From: Methanotrichaceae archaeon | Lineage (GTDB): Archaea; Halobacteriota; Methanosarcinia; Methanotrichales; Methanotrichaceae | DNA: 64,000 nucleotides | Assembly: GCA_963813075.1 (NCBI GenBank) | Contig: CAWEXU010000005.1 | Coordinates: 128,001 to 192,000 of the forward strand | Direction of reading: 5' to 3' | In this document: positions 30,502 through 40,067 of the stretch, in pieces | Numbering within the stretch: the stretch's first letter is position 1 | How the letters are laid out: each line of letters opens with the position of its first letter | Translations under genes and position numbers: made by a program | The notes under the pieces: generated by a model | The model's database searches: none | The model's input: only the letters and a program-made list of their open reading frames with translations | Told to the model about the DNA's origin: nothing

Positions 30502-30741
30502 ATGAATGTAAAAGACGAGATACATAGCCAAATTGTCGGTGCCCTAAAGGAAGCAAGGTTTCCCATAAGAACGCCCGAAGAGCTTATAGCTGCCCTGCCC
30601 CAGGGTGCTGCCACCAAATGCAGGGCAGGTGACGTCGAGCTTACTGCAGGAGATGCGGGAAAGGTCTTGAAGGCGAGCGATTTTCCCTTTAAGGATGCCA
30701 GGCAGGTTGCAGATGTAATAGTCATGCGGGCAGGGCTATAA
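30502..30741 (+). CDS. MTH865-family protein
   Basis: FPIRTPEELIAALPQG...DFPFKDA. Confidence 0.8.
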   Translation: MNVKDEIHSQIVGALKEARFPIRTPEELIAALPQGAATKCRAGDVELTAGDAGKVLKASDFPFKDARQVADVIVMRAGL

Positions 30742-30780
30742 AATAATCAGCCTCAAGATACATCCTTTTGATCAGCTATT

Positions 30781-31254
30781 TTAGATTTTTTTCATTTTTT
30801 GGAATTTATCTCTCTCATCTATGAAATAGATCATGCCCAAACCCATAAAAAACATGAAGCAACCACCCAAGAGGAGAAGTCCGCCCATAAATCCATTTAA
30901 AAGAGAGAAAAATCCAATAATTATCACAAATTGTGATACTATTATCGCGATTCCTGCACCCAACATGGCGAAAACCTTGGCGATCGATACAATCAATCCG
31001 CTTTTGCTCATATCAAAGAGCATGAAATAACCATAGCCCAAAACAATTTTTATTGAACCCCAAATAGCTGCCTGAAGGAATAAATAAAATGATTTTGCGC
31101 CATCGGCAAGAAAAGCAAATCCTTCAATGAAATCAATAATGCCCACTAAAACGCAACCAATCGCAGTTAGAGCTATGACTATCTTCCCCATTGTGACCAA
31201 TGGTTTATCCAATACTGCCAGCCCTAACTTTTCTATAAGCTCATCTAATGCCAT
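30781..31254 (-). CDS. AT-rich four-TM membrane protein
   Basis: Four hydrophobic segments; DNA visibly more AT-rich than the flanks. Confidence 0.7.
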   Translation of the reverse strand: MALDELIEKLGLAVLDKPLVTMGKIVIALTAIGCVLVGIIDFIEGFAFLADGAKSFYLFLQAAIWGSIKIVLGYGYFMLFDMSKSGLIVSIAKVFAMLGAGIAIIVSQFVIIIGFFSLLNGFMGGLLLLGGCFMFFMGLGMIYFIDERDKFQKMKKI

Positions 31255-31352
31255 CTGATCAGCTTTCCAATATGAATATTATCTATGATAAGTGTTTTCT
31301 TTTTCTGGGTGACTATGGATAGATGCGGATAGCAGATTCTGCCCTCTGCTTC

Positions 31353-31820
31353 TCAGAGAGACTCCTCTGTCTTTTTTCTGCAGACCAGGACCAGAAAATC
31401 CGGTATTCGAGCGCCATCCATCCGATCCGGGCACATGCTCCTCCAGCGCTCCGGCGGCTCGGGCTCGATCACCCTGGTGATTTGAAATCCGCAGGAGATC
31501 AGCCCGTTCATGATGTCCCCCAGGGTCCGGTGCCAGTAGAAGGTGGGCTCCATGCCGGACTTCGCTCCCCAGGGACAGAGAAATGGGCCCCGCTGAAAGT
31601 AATGGTCGACCTTTCTATGCAGCCTTCTCCCTTCCTCATCCCTGACCCATCCCCAGACCGGGGTCATGAAGCAGGGATGATTGGCGATGTGCAGATAGGT
31701 TCCGCCATCAAAGGATCGAGCAGATCGCTGCGGTTCGGGTCCCTCTCGCCATAGGATCGATGCCACTCTTCTGCATTGCGGTCCCAGATACGCGTGCCCT
31801 GATTCTGATCGAGATTCATG
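31353..31820 (-). pseudogene. Class I SAM methyltransferase-like remnant with internal deletion
   Basis: N-terminal WDRNAEEW and C-terminal HPCF...YWHRTLGDIMNGLISCGFQITRVIEP; no SAM-binding GxG motif between them. Confidence 0.6.
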
Positions 31821-32241
31821 TGGCGAATTCCTCAGAGAGTTCTGATGCGGCCCGGTTTATATAGGCTCTTCCGACCTGGATTTTCAAAGCGTGACGGCAG
31901 AAGGCGAAGAGGCCAAAGTGCGCTGATGATATCTGGGTGTACTATGAGATGCACAAGGATGAGATTGAGAACCTGGATGAATATGCCAAAAAGCGTGGCC
32001 TTGTGAAGGGGCTGATTTAGGATAAATTATTTTAAATGGATTTTCAATGTTTCCATAAATTATTAGCTATCATAGCCCGGTAGAAGCCAAGCTCCCCAGC
32101 CCCCTGGCAATAGGAAAGAATGCACTTCAATTATTGATTGCTTTGAAGACCCAAATCATAAAATGCAGATACCCAACCACAATACAATCTACCTGAGAAA
32201 GCCTTATGCCCTCTTGACAACCACCTATCGGACGATCCTCC

Positions 32242-32420
32242 ATGAATATCTCACTTATCCTCGCTCATCCCAGCCTGGGAAGCTTCAACCATGCCATAGC
32301 TATTGCAGCCATAAACGCCCTTGAGGCCAATGGCCACCGCATCAGCTTTCACGACCTTTACCGGGAGCGATTCGATCCGGTGCTGCCCTATGAGGAGATT
32401 CCCAAAGGCGCGGATTTAGA
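32242..32420 (+). pseudogene. N-terminal fragment of a flavodoxin-like NAD(P)H-dependent oxidoreductase
   Basis: ILAHPSLGSFNHAIA...HDLYRERFDPVL, after which the resemblance ends. Confidence 0.7.
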
Positions 32421-32789
32421 AAATTCTGGCTCTGCTGGGCAGCCCGAGGAATCCGTTCATTCTCAGCTTCGGCTTCATCTTCAGACTGCGCTTAGCCCAG
32501 AGCGTCGCAGAAAAACTCCTAATCCCGGTGGACGGGACAGCTTACAGGGGAAGATGATCAGGTACTTCCAGGGCTGCATCCTCTCTTTTTGGCCCACCAT
32601 ATTTAGGAAGTTCACGGCGGATTGGCGGAAAAATTTTTGGATTTTGGGAGGAGGAATTATAGTGAAATCAGCTCTATATTATTAAAAATTTGTGCCTAAT
32701 CTAAAGCAAAAACAACATGATGGAATATAGACTTACAAAGAAAAACCGCCATGAATTAAGATTCTCTACATAAATCTTTATCTTTAGTA

Positions 32790-32801
32790 CTTACAAAATG
32801 T
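32790..32801 (+). promoter_or_regulatory. CTTACAAAATGT motif upstream of Cys-rich locus 1
   Basis: Identical 12-mer at 39931-39942; 130 and 137 nt before the respective start codons. Confidence 0.55.
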
Positions 32802-32919
32802 AAAGAACTAGATGTCAGGGCAGGTTAAATACGAATAAGTGAATTCCTACAATCTGGTCAAATTGTGGCACATGTCCAGTTTACCAAGAATATGAGAGCC
32901 TGATCTCTCGAGGAGGACT

Positions 32920-33549
32920 ATGAATAAGGATAATTTGAGTATGAATACTGTGGTTAAGGGCATATTCAGCTTGCTCTTAGCGATAATTACAATATATTCG
33001 ATCATCCCTCTCTCAGCGGGGGAAGTCGAAACAGCAACATACTGCGATACGCTTGCCTTCAACAATACAGGCTTATTGGAAAACCACACCATTCCGCTCT
33101 TCGATCCGGGCCTTGGCAATCTGGTTGGTGTAGACCTGGCCGTAGACCTCGGAGTGGTTCAAACCTACCGCCTTGAGAACGAGGAGAAAGAGGTCCATCA
33201 GGTTGGTGCGGAGTCTGAATCCATACTTCTGATCACCATGCCAGACGGAAGTTCGATCTCCGCCAATGCCTCCAGCACAGTAAGTGAAGAGCTTGCTGCG
33301 TATGATGGTAATACGGACTATGAGGGCGCATCCGGAAAGATGGTCGAGGTATCGTCAAAGGGCACTGCTAAAAAGCAGTACCAGGAGCTATCCGATTTCG
33401 TCGCCTCATTCCAGAATGAGACCATCTCCCTCCCTGCGGATATATCCTTCACGAGCTCGACCTCTGGAAGCCTTGTCTTCAGATTATCTACTATCGCTGA
33501 GTCCAGAATTTGTGTGACTTACACCTATGAGCCAGGTGGCTCAGGTTAA
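32920..33549 (+). CDS. Secreted single-domain protein, choice-of-anchor-E-like; paralog of the N-domain of the next gene
   Basis: Signal peptide; PLFDPGLGNLVGVDL...ICVTYTYEP parallels KFDPSLGVLTKVVV...ICVTYYYEP. Confidence 0.75.
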   Translation: MNKDNLSMNTVVKGIFSLLLAIITIYSIIPLSAGEVETATYCDTLAFNNTGLLENHTIPLFDPGLGNLVGVDLAVDLGVVQTYRLENEEKEVHQVGAESESILLITMPDGSSISANASSTVSEELAAYDGNTDYEGASGKMVEVSSKGTAKKQYQELSDFVASFQNETISLPADISFTSSTSGSLVFRLSTIAESRICVTYTYEPGGSG

Positions 33550-33566
33550 AAAAAAGGTGATATAAA

Positions 33567-36500
33567 ATGAAAAAAAATATGATCTTATGGGCAATGCTCA
33601 TAGGGCTGATATTTTGCCAGGCGGCATCAGCTCTGAGCTACTCGTCCTGTGCTGTATTCAGCAATACGAGTACAGATTGGCAAAAAACCGAATCCATGGA
33701 TAAGTTCGATCCAAGCCTGGGAGTTCTTACAAAGGTCGTTGTGACTGCTGATGCCTGTGCTTCTCAGTCCTTCATAATTGATAGCGAAGACAATTCACCA
33801 CAATGCTGGAGTGTCACCTCTGACGCCGTGCTTTCCACGCCAATGCCAGATGGATCGACTCTCGTCCTTGCCCTCCCTGTGCAAGTTCATGATTTCTGTC
33901 TAACTGCTGATCAGGAGGCTGATCCTACAGACTTTGAAGGAACAGACGCGTACAGATTCTTTGTGAAAGACTGTATTGATAGCGAAAAAGAGTTTACAGC
34001 GGCTGAGGACCTTCAAGCATGGATCGGCCCGGGCAGTGTAAGCTTTACAACCACTGCAGACGGTACTACTGAAATTGACGGATCTGCAAACTTCGACCAG
34101 AGGATCCGAACCCATGCCAATGAAACGATCTGTGTCACCTACTACTACGAACCGTGCAACGATAATAATGCCTGCACCACAGATTCCGTCGTAGACAACA
34201 AGTGCGTCTACACTCCAATAACCTGCAACGATGGCAATGCCTGCACCGATGACACATGCGATCCAGCTACGGGATGCGTCTTCAATCCCATAAGCTGCAA
34301 CGACAATAACGCCTGCACTGCAGACTCCTGTGACCCAGCAACCGGCTGTGTCAATACGGACATAACTGCAACCTGCAACGACAATGATGCCTGCACTGCA
34401 GACTCCTGCGACCCAACCACTGGCTGTGTCAATACGGACATAACTGCAACCTGCAACGACAATGATGCCTGCACTGCAGACTCCTGCGACCCAGCAACCG
34501 GCTGTGTCAATACGGACATAACTGCAACCTGCAACGACAATAACGCCTGCACCGCAGACTCCTGCGACCCAACCACTGGCTGTGTCAATACGGACATAAC
34601 TGCAACCTGCAACGACAATGATGCCTGCACTGCAGACTCCTGCGACCCGGCAACCGGCTGTGTCAATACGGACATAACTGCAACCTGCAACGACAATGAT
34701 GCCTGCACTGCAGACTCCTGTGACCCAGCAACCGGCTGTGTCAATACGGACATAACTGCAACCTGCAACGACAATGATGCCTGCACTGCAGACTCCTGCG
34801 ACCCGGCAACCGGCTGTGTCAATACGGACATAACTGCAACCTGCAACGACAATGATGCCTGCACCGCAGACTCCTGCGACCCAACCACTGGCTGTGTCAA
34901 TACGGACATAACTGCAACCTGCAACGACAATAACGCCTGCACTGCAGACTCCTGTGACCCAACCACTGGCTGTGTCAATACGGACATAACTGCAACCTGC
35001 AACGACAATGATGCCTGCACCGCAGACTCCTGCGACCCGGCAACCGGCTGTGTCAATACGGACATTAGCGCAACCTGCAACGATGGCAATGCCTGCACCG
35101 CCGACTCCTGTGACCCAGCTACCGGCTGTGTAAACACTCTGATAGTATGTGATGATGGCAATGCTTGCACCGCAGACACCTGCGACCCGGCAACTGGTTG
35201 TGTTTACACTCCAATAGTGTGCGATGACAGCAATGCCTGCACCACTGATGAGTGCGTCAACGGCGAATGCGTCTTCACTCCAGTAGTGTGCGATGACAGC
35301 AATGCCTGCACCACCGATGAGTGCGTCAACGGCGAATGCGTCTACACCCCAGTAGTGTGCGATGACAGCAATGCCTGCACCACCGATGAGTGCGTCAACG
35401 GCGAATGCGTCTACACCCCAATAGTGTGCGATGACGGCAATGCCTGCACCACCGATGAGTGCGTCAACGGCCAGTGTGTCTACACACCAATCGTGTGCAC
35501 CGACAATAATGCCTGCACCACCGATGAGTGCGTCAACGGCGAATGCGTCTTCACTCCAGTAGTGTGCGATGACAGCAATGCCTGCACCACTGATGAGTGC
35601 GTCAACGGCGAATGCGTCTTCACTCCAGTAGTGTGCGATGACGGCAATGCCTGCACCACCGATGAGTGCGTCAACGGACAGTGTGTCTACACACCAATCG
35701 TGTGCACCGACAATAATGCCTGCACCACCGATGAGTGCGTCAACGGCGAATGCGTCTTCACTCCAGTAGTGTGCGATGACAGCAATGCCTGCACCACTGA
35801 TGAGTGCGTCAACGGCGAATGCGTCTTCACTCCAGTAGTGTGCGATGACAGCAATGCCTGCACCACCGATGAGTGCGTCAACGGCGAATGCGTCTTCACT
35901 CCAGTAGTGTGCGATGACAGCAATGCCTGCACCACCGATGAGTGCGTCAACGGCGAATGCGTCTTCACTCCAGTAGTGTGCGATGACAGCAATGCCTGCA
36001 CCACCGATGAGTGCGAGAACGGCGAATGCGTCTTCACTCCAATAGACTGCGATGACGGCGATGACTGCACAACTGACGAGTGCGCCAACGGCGCGTGCGT
36101 CAACACTCCAATAGACTGCAATGACGGCGATGACTGCACAACTGACGAGTGCGTCAACGGCGCGTGCGTCTACACACCACTGGAATGCGATGATGGGGAT
36201 GATTGTACCACCGATAGCTGTGCAAACGGCCAATGTGTCTACACTCCAATCGTGTGCAATGACAATAATCCCTGCACCACCGATGCCTGTGTCAACGGCG
36301 AATGCGTCTACACACCCATAACAAACTGCAATTGCCCGCCCGTATGCCCCTGGTTTATCAAGAATGAGTTGTATGGAGCCTCCTGCACAGAAGTAAAGGT
36401 GGTTTCTGCAAGCGAGGGACTTCTGGCAAATGACCATAAAGGCGTTGCAGTACTGGATCCTGAATTAATAACCATAGATCCGAAGTACGGAACTCTTGAG

Positions 36501-36650
36501 GTCCACGAGGATGGGTCCTTCATCTACGATCCGACTGGAGCCACAGGCCTGTATTCCGGCCTTTATGTGCAATTCAAGTACAAGGCAACAAGCGAATACT
36601 GCGAAGCCAAGTACCCAGGAATTGCCAAGATCCAGATTCGGTGCAAGTGA
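33567..36650 (+). CDS. Large secreted Cys-rich tandem-repeat protein 1 (N-domain, about 30 four-Cys repeats, Ig-like C-domain)
   Basis: Signal peptide MKKNMILWAMLIGLIFCQAASA; CxDxNACTxDxC...C units; C-terminal GLLAND...YGTL...DGSFIY. Confidence 0.9.
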   Translation: MKKNMILWAMLIGLIFCQAASALSYSSCAVFSNTSTDWQKTESMDKFDPSLGVLTKVVVTADACASQSFIIDSEDNSPQCWSVTSDAVLSTPMPDGSTLVLALPVQVHDFCLTADQEADPTDFEGTDAYRFFVKDCIDSEKEFTAAEDLQAWIGPGSVSFTTTADGTTEIDGSANFDQRIRTHANETICVTYYYEPCNDNNACTTDSVVDNKCVYTPITCNDGNACTDDTCDPATGCVFNPISCNDNNACTADSCDPATGCVNTDITATCNDNDACTADSCDPTTGCVNTDITATCNDNDACTADSCDPATGCVNTDITATCNDNNACTADSCDPTTGCVNTDITATCNDNDACTADSCDPATGCVNTDITATCNDNDACTADSCDPATGCVNTDITATCNDNDACTADSCDPATGCVNTDITATCNDNDACTADSCDPTTGCVNTDITATCNDNNACTADSCDPTTGCVNTDITATCNDNDACTADSCDPATGCVNTDISATCNDGNACTADSCDPATGCVNTLIVCDDGNACTADTCDPATGCVYTPIVCDDSNACTTDECVNGECVFTPVVCDDSNACTTDECVNGECVYTPVVCDDSNACTTDECVNGECVYTPIVCDDGNACTTDECVNGQCVYTPIVCTDNNACTTDECVNGECVFTPVVCDDSNACTTDECVNGECVFTPVVCDDGNACTTDECVNGQCVYTPIVCTDNNACTTDECVNGECVFTPVVCDDSNACTTDECVNGECVFTPVVCDDSNACTTDECVNGECVFTPVVCDDSNACTTDECVNGECVFTPVVCDDSNACTTDECENGECVFTPIDCDDGDDCTTDECANGACVNTPIDCNDGDDCTTDECVNGACVYTPLECDDGDDCTTDSCANGQCVYTPIVCNDNNPCTTDACVNGECVYTPITNCNCPPVCPWFIKNELYGASCTEVKVVSASEGLLANDHKGVAVLDPELITIDPKYGTLEVHEDGSFIYDPTGATGLYSGLYVQFKYKATSEYCEAKYPGIAKIQIRCK
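34296..35075 (+). repeat. 10 x 78-bp coding tandem repeat (CNDNDACTADSCDPATGCVNTDITAT)
   Basis: Near-identical units, counted directly. Confidence 0.95.
35220..36323 (+). repeat. 16 x 69-bp coding tandem repeat (CDDSNACTTDECVNGECVFTPVV)
   Basis: Counted directly; the last units are more diverged. Confidence 0.95.
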
Positions 36651-36656
36651 AAAATA

Positions 36657-36684
36657 AAGGGCTAAAAACCCTTTTCTTTTTTTA
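36657..36684 (+). terminator. Short stem plus T-tract terminator after Cys-rich gene 1
   Basis: AAGGG...CCCTTTTCTTTTTT immediately after the stop. Confidence 0.5.
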
Positions 36685-36824
36685 TAGAACAAATACGTGC
36701 CCCTGATATTTCTTCTATAAGTGCAAAAAAAACAGCCTGGATGTAGATTTTGGATGAGCGGTCCATCGATAGCTTGAACAGGCTAGATATTTAAAAAAGT
36801 AAAAATATTCTAAACTTTCAGGAT

Positions 36825-37169
36825 CTATTTTACTGTAATGGTTACAGGATCGCTGTAAATGATCTCTCCGGTAGTTGCATAATTTTCATCGAGCATGATG
36901 ATCCGGCATTCAATCTCATAGATCCCTGCTCCAGGTGGATGCCAGTTGCTGTTCTTGTTAAGTTCTCCATCGATATAGGTCCTAACCCTGAAATCGCTAT
37001 TTCCATTATCATCAATAACATGGGATCTGATCGGAATTTTCAAGCTCTCGGTCAAATTAAATGAATCTCCGTCTTTCGGAGAAGTGATCCCTATGTCTAT
37101 CGCCGATGTGGTTCCGATGATTGCAAATAATGCAATCAATAGCGCGGCAGTAATTCTCATCTTCCTCAC
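36825..37169 (-). CDS. Small secreted Ig-like protein
   Basis: Signal peptide; ITSPKDGD...SDPVTITV. Confidence 0.7.
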   Translation of the reverse strand: MRKMRITAALLIALFAIIGTTSAIDIGITSPKDGDSFNLTESLKIPIRSHVIDDNGNSDFRVRTYIDGELNKNSNWHPPGAGIYEIECRIIMLDENYATTGEIIYSDPVTITVK

Positions 37170-37545
37170 CTTAAAGTTTCCTTAGAAGTACTTAATATCA
37201 GTATTTGTTATAAGTACTTAACGACAGTACTATAAGTATTTTTACAGACTTAAAAAAATGGTATCTCTTAACGGGCTCTGATTTTCACTCCTGTATCTTC
37301 CAATGGCTCAAGGAGGAAATTTCAGCTCTAAAAAGCTAAAATCAGATAAGAAACAAAGGCAGAGACCGATTTGGGCGGATCAAGGGGATCGCGACACCGA
37401 GGCCCGCGTGATTTCCAAATTTCCGGAGAAGAGTGCATTCACCTTCAGCACGTACCCTTGCCCCTTATGATGTCGAAATTCCCTATCCGCCTAAATGCCC
37501 TTTAGTGCGCGAGGGCTCAACCTTCATGCTGTATCCAATGCCGCC

Positions 37546-38040
37546 TCATTGGTAGGCGACAGCGCTGGTATTAAGTCCGGGATTTTTCAACTTTAGCCTA
37601 TCTACAATGTATTTTTTCGATGCAAAGCCCCCCATCCTATCGACCAGGGTCCCATTCAGAAAGACCAGGAGCGTAGGATAGCTGGTTATGTTATAGTCCC
37701 GCTCAATCGACTGGTTGAGGCTTCCATCAATCATTCCAATGGCTGCCTGGCTGCCCAGCTCAATAGATAGCTCATTGACGGCTTGCTTCATTCTCTGGCA
37801 GGGATTGCATAGCGGCTTGTAGACATCCAGGACGAAGAAGGGATAGAGCGCTATGGTCTCGTTCACAGTGCTGTCGTTCAGCTCCAGGACGATGCCGCTG
37901 CTCGCCTCTGCATCCGCTGCCGGTGTGGATGGAGCGGCCGAGGCGGCCCAGGATAGGGCCAGCAGAGCACACAATAGAGCATATATAACCGGATAGATCT
38001 GGCGTATTTCTGGCGGGCTATGCATCCATCTGATCTGCAT
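37546..38040 (-). CDS. Exported single-domain thioredoxin (CNPC)
   Basis: Hydrophobic N-segment; VLDVYKPLCNPCQRM; cis-Pro loop SYPTLLVF; start uncertain. Confidence 0.85.
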   Translation of the reverse strand: MQIRWMHSPPEIRQIYPVIYALLCALLALSWAASAAPSTPAADAEASSGIVLELNDSTVNETIALYPFFVLDVYKPLCNPCQRMKQAVNELSIELGSQAAIGMIDGSLNQSIERDYNITSYPTLLVFLNGTLVDRMGGFASKKYIVDRLKLKNPGLNTSAVAYQ

Positions 38041-38087
38041 GAGTTGTCTCTGTCTGAACTTGTCCTCCTCCTCTTCTTCCTTTTCCT

Positions 38088-39668
38088 TTAGCTGGAAAAC
38101 ATCGATGCCGCCCGGCTCCCGTTCAACTTCATAGAGCAGAAGGAGGGCTCCTGTTCGAATCCGCAGCATAAAAGCTCCTTTACCGCTTCAGGGCTGCGAG
38201 CATTGGTGTCATTGGTGGCGAAGTTTGCCTCCCTGACGATCTCGCCGTTCATGAGCATGGTGGGCGATCCTGATATCTGGAACTGGCCTGCCAGATCGAA
38301 GTCCTCCTGGGCATAGGCCAGTCCCCGGGCGGAGTCGTTGGTGCAGGCGTCAAGCTCCTTGAGGTTAATGGATACCGATTCGAGGCACTCTGCCGTCTTG
38401 CCTTCTTTCATGTAGCAGCGCACATAATCCCAGTACCTGTCAGCCTGCTCCTCCCGGATGCAAATCTGGCGCAGGTTCTCCTGGGCCTCCACCTCGCCGT
38501 GCATGGCCATTATGGTATTGTTCGGGGCATCCACCGAGCCGATGTACATCACCTTCAAGAACTCTTCTGTCTCCTCTGCATCACTGATGATATCACTCAA
38601 GATCCTTTGCATCTGCAGGCCAAAGGGACACCTGGATACCACGAAAGCCTGGAGGAGAGGCTGGTCTGATTTGGTCATATTAGCGCAGACCTGCTCTGGT
38701 GTCAGTCTGGGCGGAGCCGGAGGGAGGGCTATTTTGCTGGTGTCAAGATTGGGGGCTATCTCTTTCAGCTTTGCAGCCACAGTTTTCTTGTCTTGAATAC
38801 CTCTCATTCTTCCCGCCAGCTTGCCGTCCTTGAATATGAGCGTGGTGGGCGCAGCGGTGATATTGTATTTGTTTCTGGTATCGTGGTTGGGCCGGATATC
38901 TACCAATGCAAAGGCTGCCTGGCCCTGAAGCTCTCTGGCCAGCTCGGATATGGTTACATTGTACAGCCGGCAAAAGCCACAGGAATCCATGACTCCGACC
39001 AGCACCAGCACAGGCTGATACTGAGAGATGGCTGCATCAATGGTCTTGTCTGTGATCAGCATGGCCTGGGATGGATTTTTTGGTCCCGGCTCGATCAGCT
39101 CTATGGCCACTCCAGAAGGCTGATTGGCGGCAGCCGAACCGGCGACAGCTTCGGTTTTTTCCGTGGTCGGGTCACTTGGCGGTAGCACGACCCTGCTGGC
39201 ATCCAGTTCTGGCTGGAGCTCTTCCAGCTCCTCCAATAGAGCTGATTTGCTGATATTGCCTCTCATCCTGCTGACTAAAACCCCTTCCTGGAAGAAGAGG
39301 AGTGTTGGGAATGCTGAAATCTTGTAGTCCTGGACGGTGTTTTTATTCTCACTGCTCCTGGCGTTCATCCTGCCGAACTGAACCTGGCCTCCCAGCTCCT
39401 CGGACAGCTCTGAGGTGGTTTTGTTCATGAGCTGGCATGGGCCGCAGCCAGGATAATAGAAGTCCAGGACAAATAGGGTGCTGCTGTTCTGGATTAATTC
39501 GAAGCTCTTATCGGTCAGATCCTGAGGACCCGGCAGCGATTCTGAAAATGTTGAGTTGTTGGATGAATTTGAATCCTCAGAAGAAGTTAATCTCAGGGCG
39601 GCAGCAGATACCAGCAGGATGGCAACGAGAGCAATAATGGCAATTTGGGTGCTCTTCGAGAGAGGCAT
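38088..39668 (-). CDS. Membrane-anchored multi-thioredoxin (PDI-like): Trx(CGPC)-Trx(CGFC)-GILT/DsbA-like domain
   Basis: N-terminal TM/signal; DFYYPGCGPC; MDSCGFC; FVVSRCPFG...HGEVEAQENLRQIC...GSPT. Confidence 0.88.
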   Translation of the reverse strand: MPLSKSTQIAIIALVAILLVSAAALRLTSSEDSNSSNNSTFSESLPGPQDLTDKSFELIQNSSTLFVLDFYYPGCGPCQLMNKTTSELSEELGGQVQFGRMNARSSENKNTVQDYKISAFPTLLFFQEGVLVSRMRGNISKSALLEELEELQPELDASRVVLPPSDPTTEKTEAVAGSAAANQPSGVAIELIEPGPKNPSQAMLITDKTIDAAISQYQPVLVLVGVMDSCGFCRLYNVTISELARELQGQAAFALVDIRPNHDTRNKYNITAAPTTLIFKDGKLAGRMRGIQDKKTVAAKLKEIAPNLDTSKIALPPAPPRLTPEQVCANMTKSDQPLLQAFVVSRCPFGLQMQRILSDIISDAEETEEFLKVMYIGSVDAPNNTIMAMHGEVEAQENLRQICIREEQADRYWDYVRCYMKEGKTAECLESVSINLKELDACTNDSARGLAYAQEDFDLAGQFQISGSPTMLMNGEIVREANFATNDTNARSPEAVKELLCCGFEQEPSFCSMKLNGSRAASMFSS

Positions 39669-39930
39669 AGTGATAAGTGAGCATACGGATATATTAGCGT
39701 TTTCTTACCATTCTGGCTGGCAGGAATCGCGAAGGTTCTCTTCGTTGCGCTTTTAGAAACTTAAATCTTAATAGTTATCAATACCATTTCTGGCTCACAG
39801 ATATTGTGAAAGTAATTTGCCATGGCGACTCATTCTAGTTTGCACATCGTTCAGTCAATTTGATCGAATCCTTGATGCTGGCTCATGATAGTAATCAATT
39901 ATAAGATCTGATTTTCATTTAAATAAAGTT

Positions 39931-39942
39931 CTTACAAAATGT
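39931..39942 (+). promoter_or_regulatory. CTTACAAAATGT motif upstream of Cys-rich locus 2
   Basis: Identical to 32790-32801. Confidence 0.55.
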
Positions 39943-40067
39943 GCTTCTATCTTTAAGAATCGGGATCTATCTAGATAATTACATCTATTGATCCCGGCAA
40001 AATCTGAATTTGGGGGTCGGGATGAGAGGAAGAAGCAAAAATCTGTTAATGTATTAGGTGGGATGAT

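Noticed and set aside
33900..36437. 845-aa and 323-aa antisense ORFs over Cys-rich gene 1
   Set aside because: Shadows of a stop-free tandem repeat; the plus-strand ORF has a signal peptide and coherent domains.
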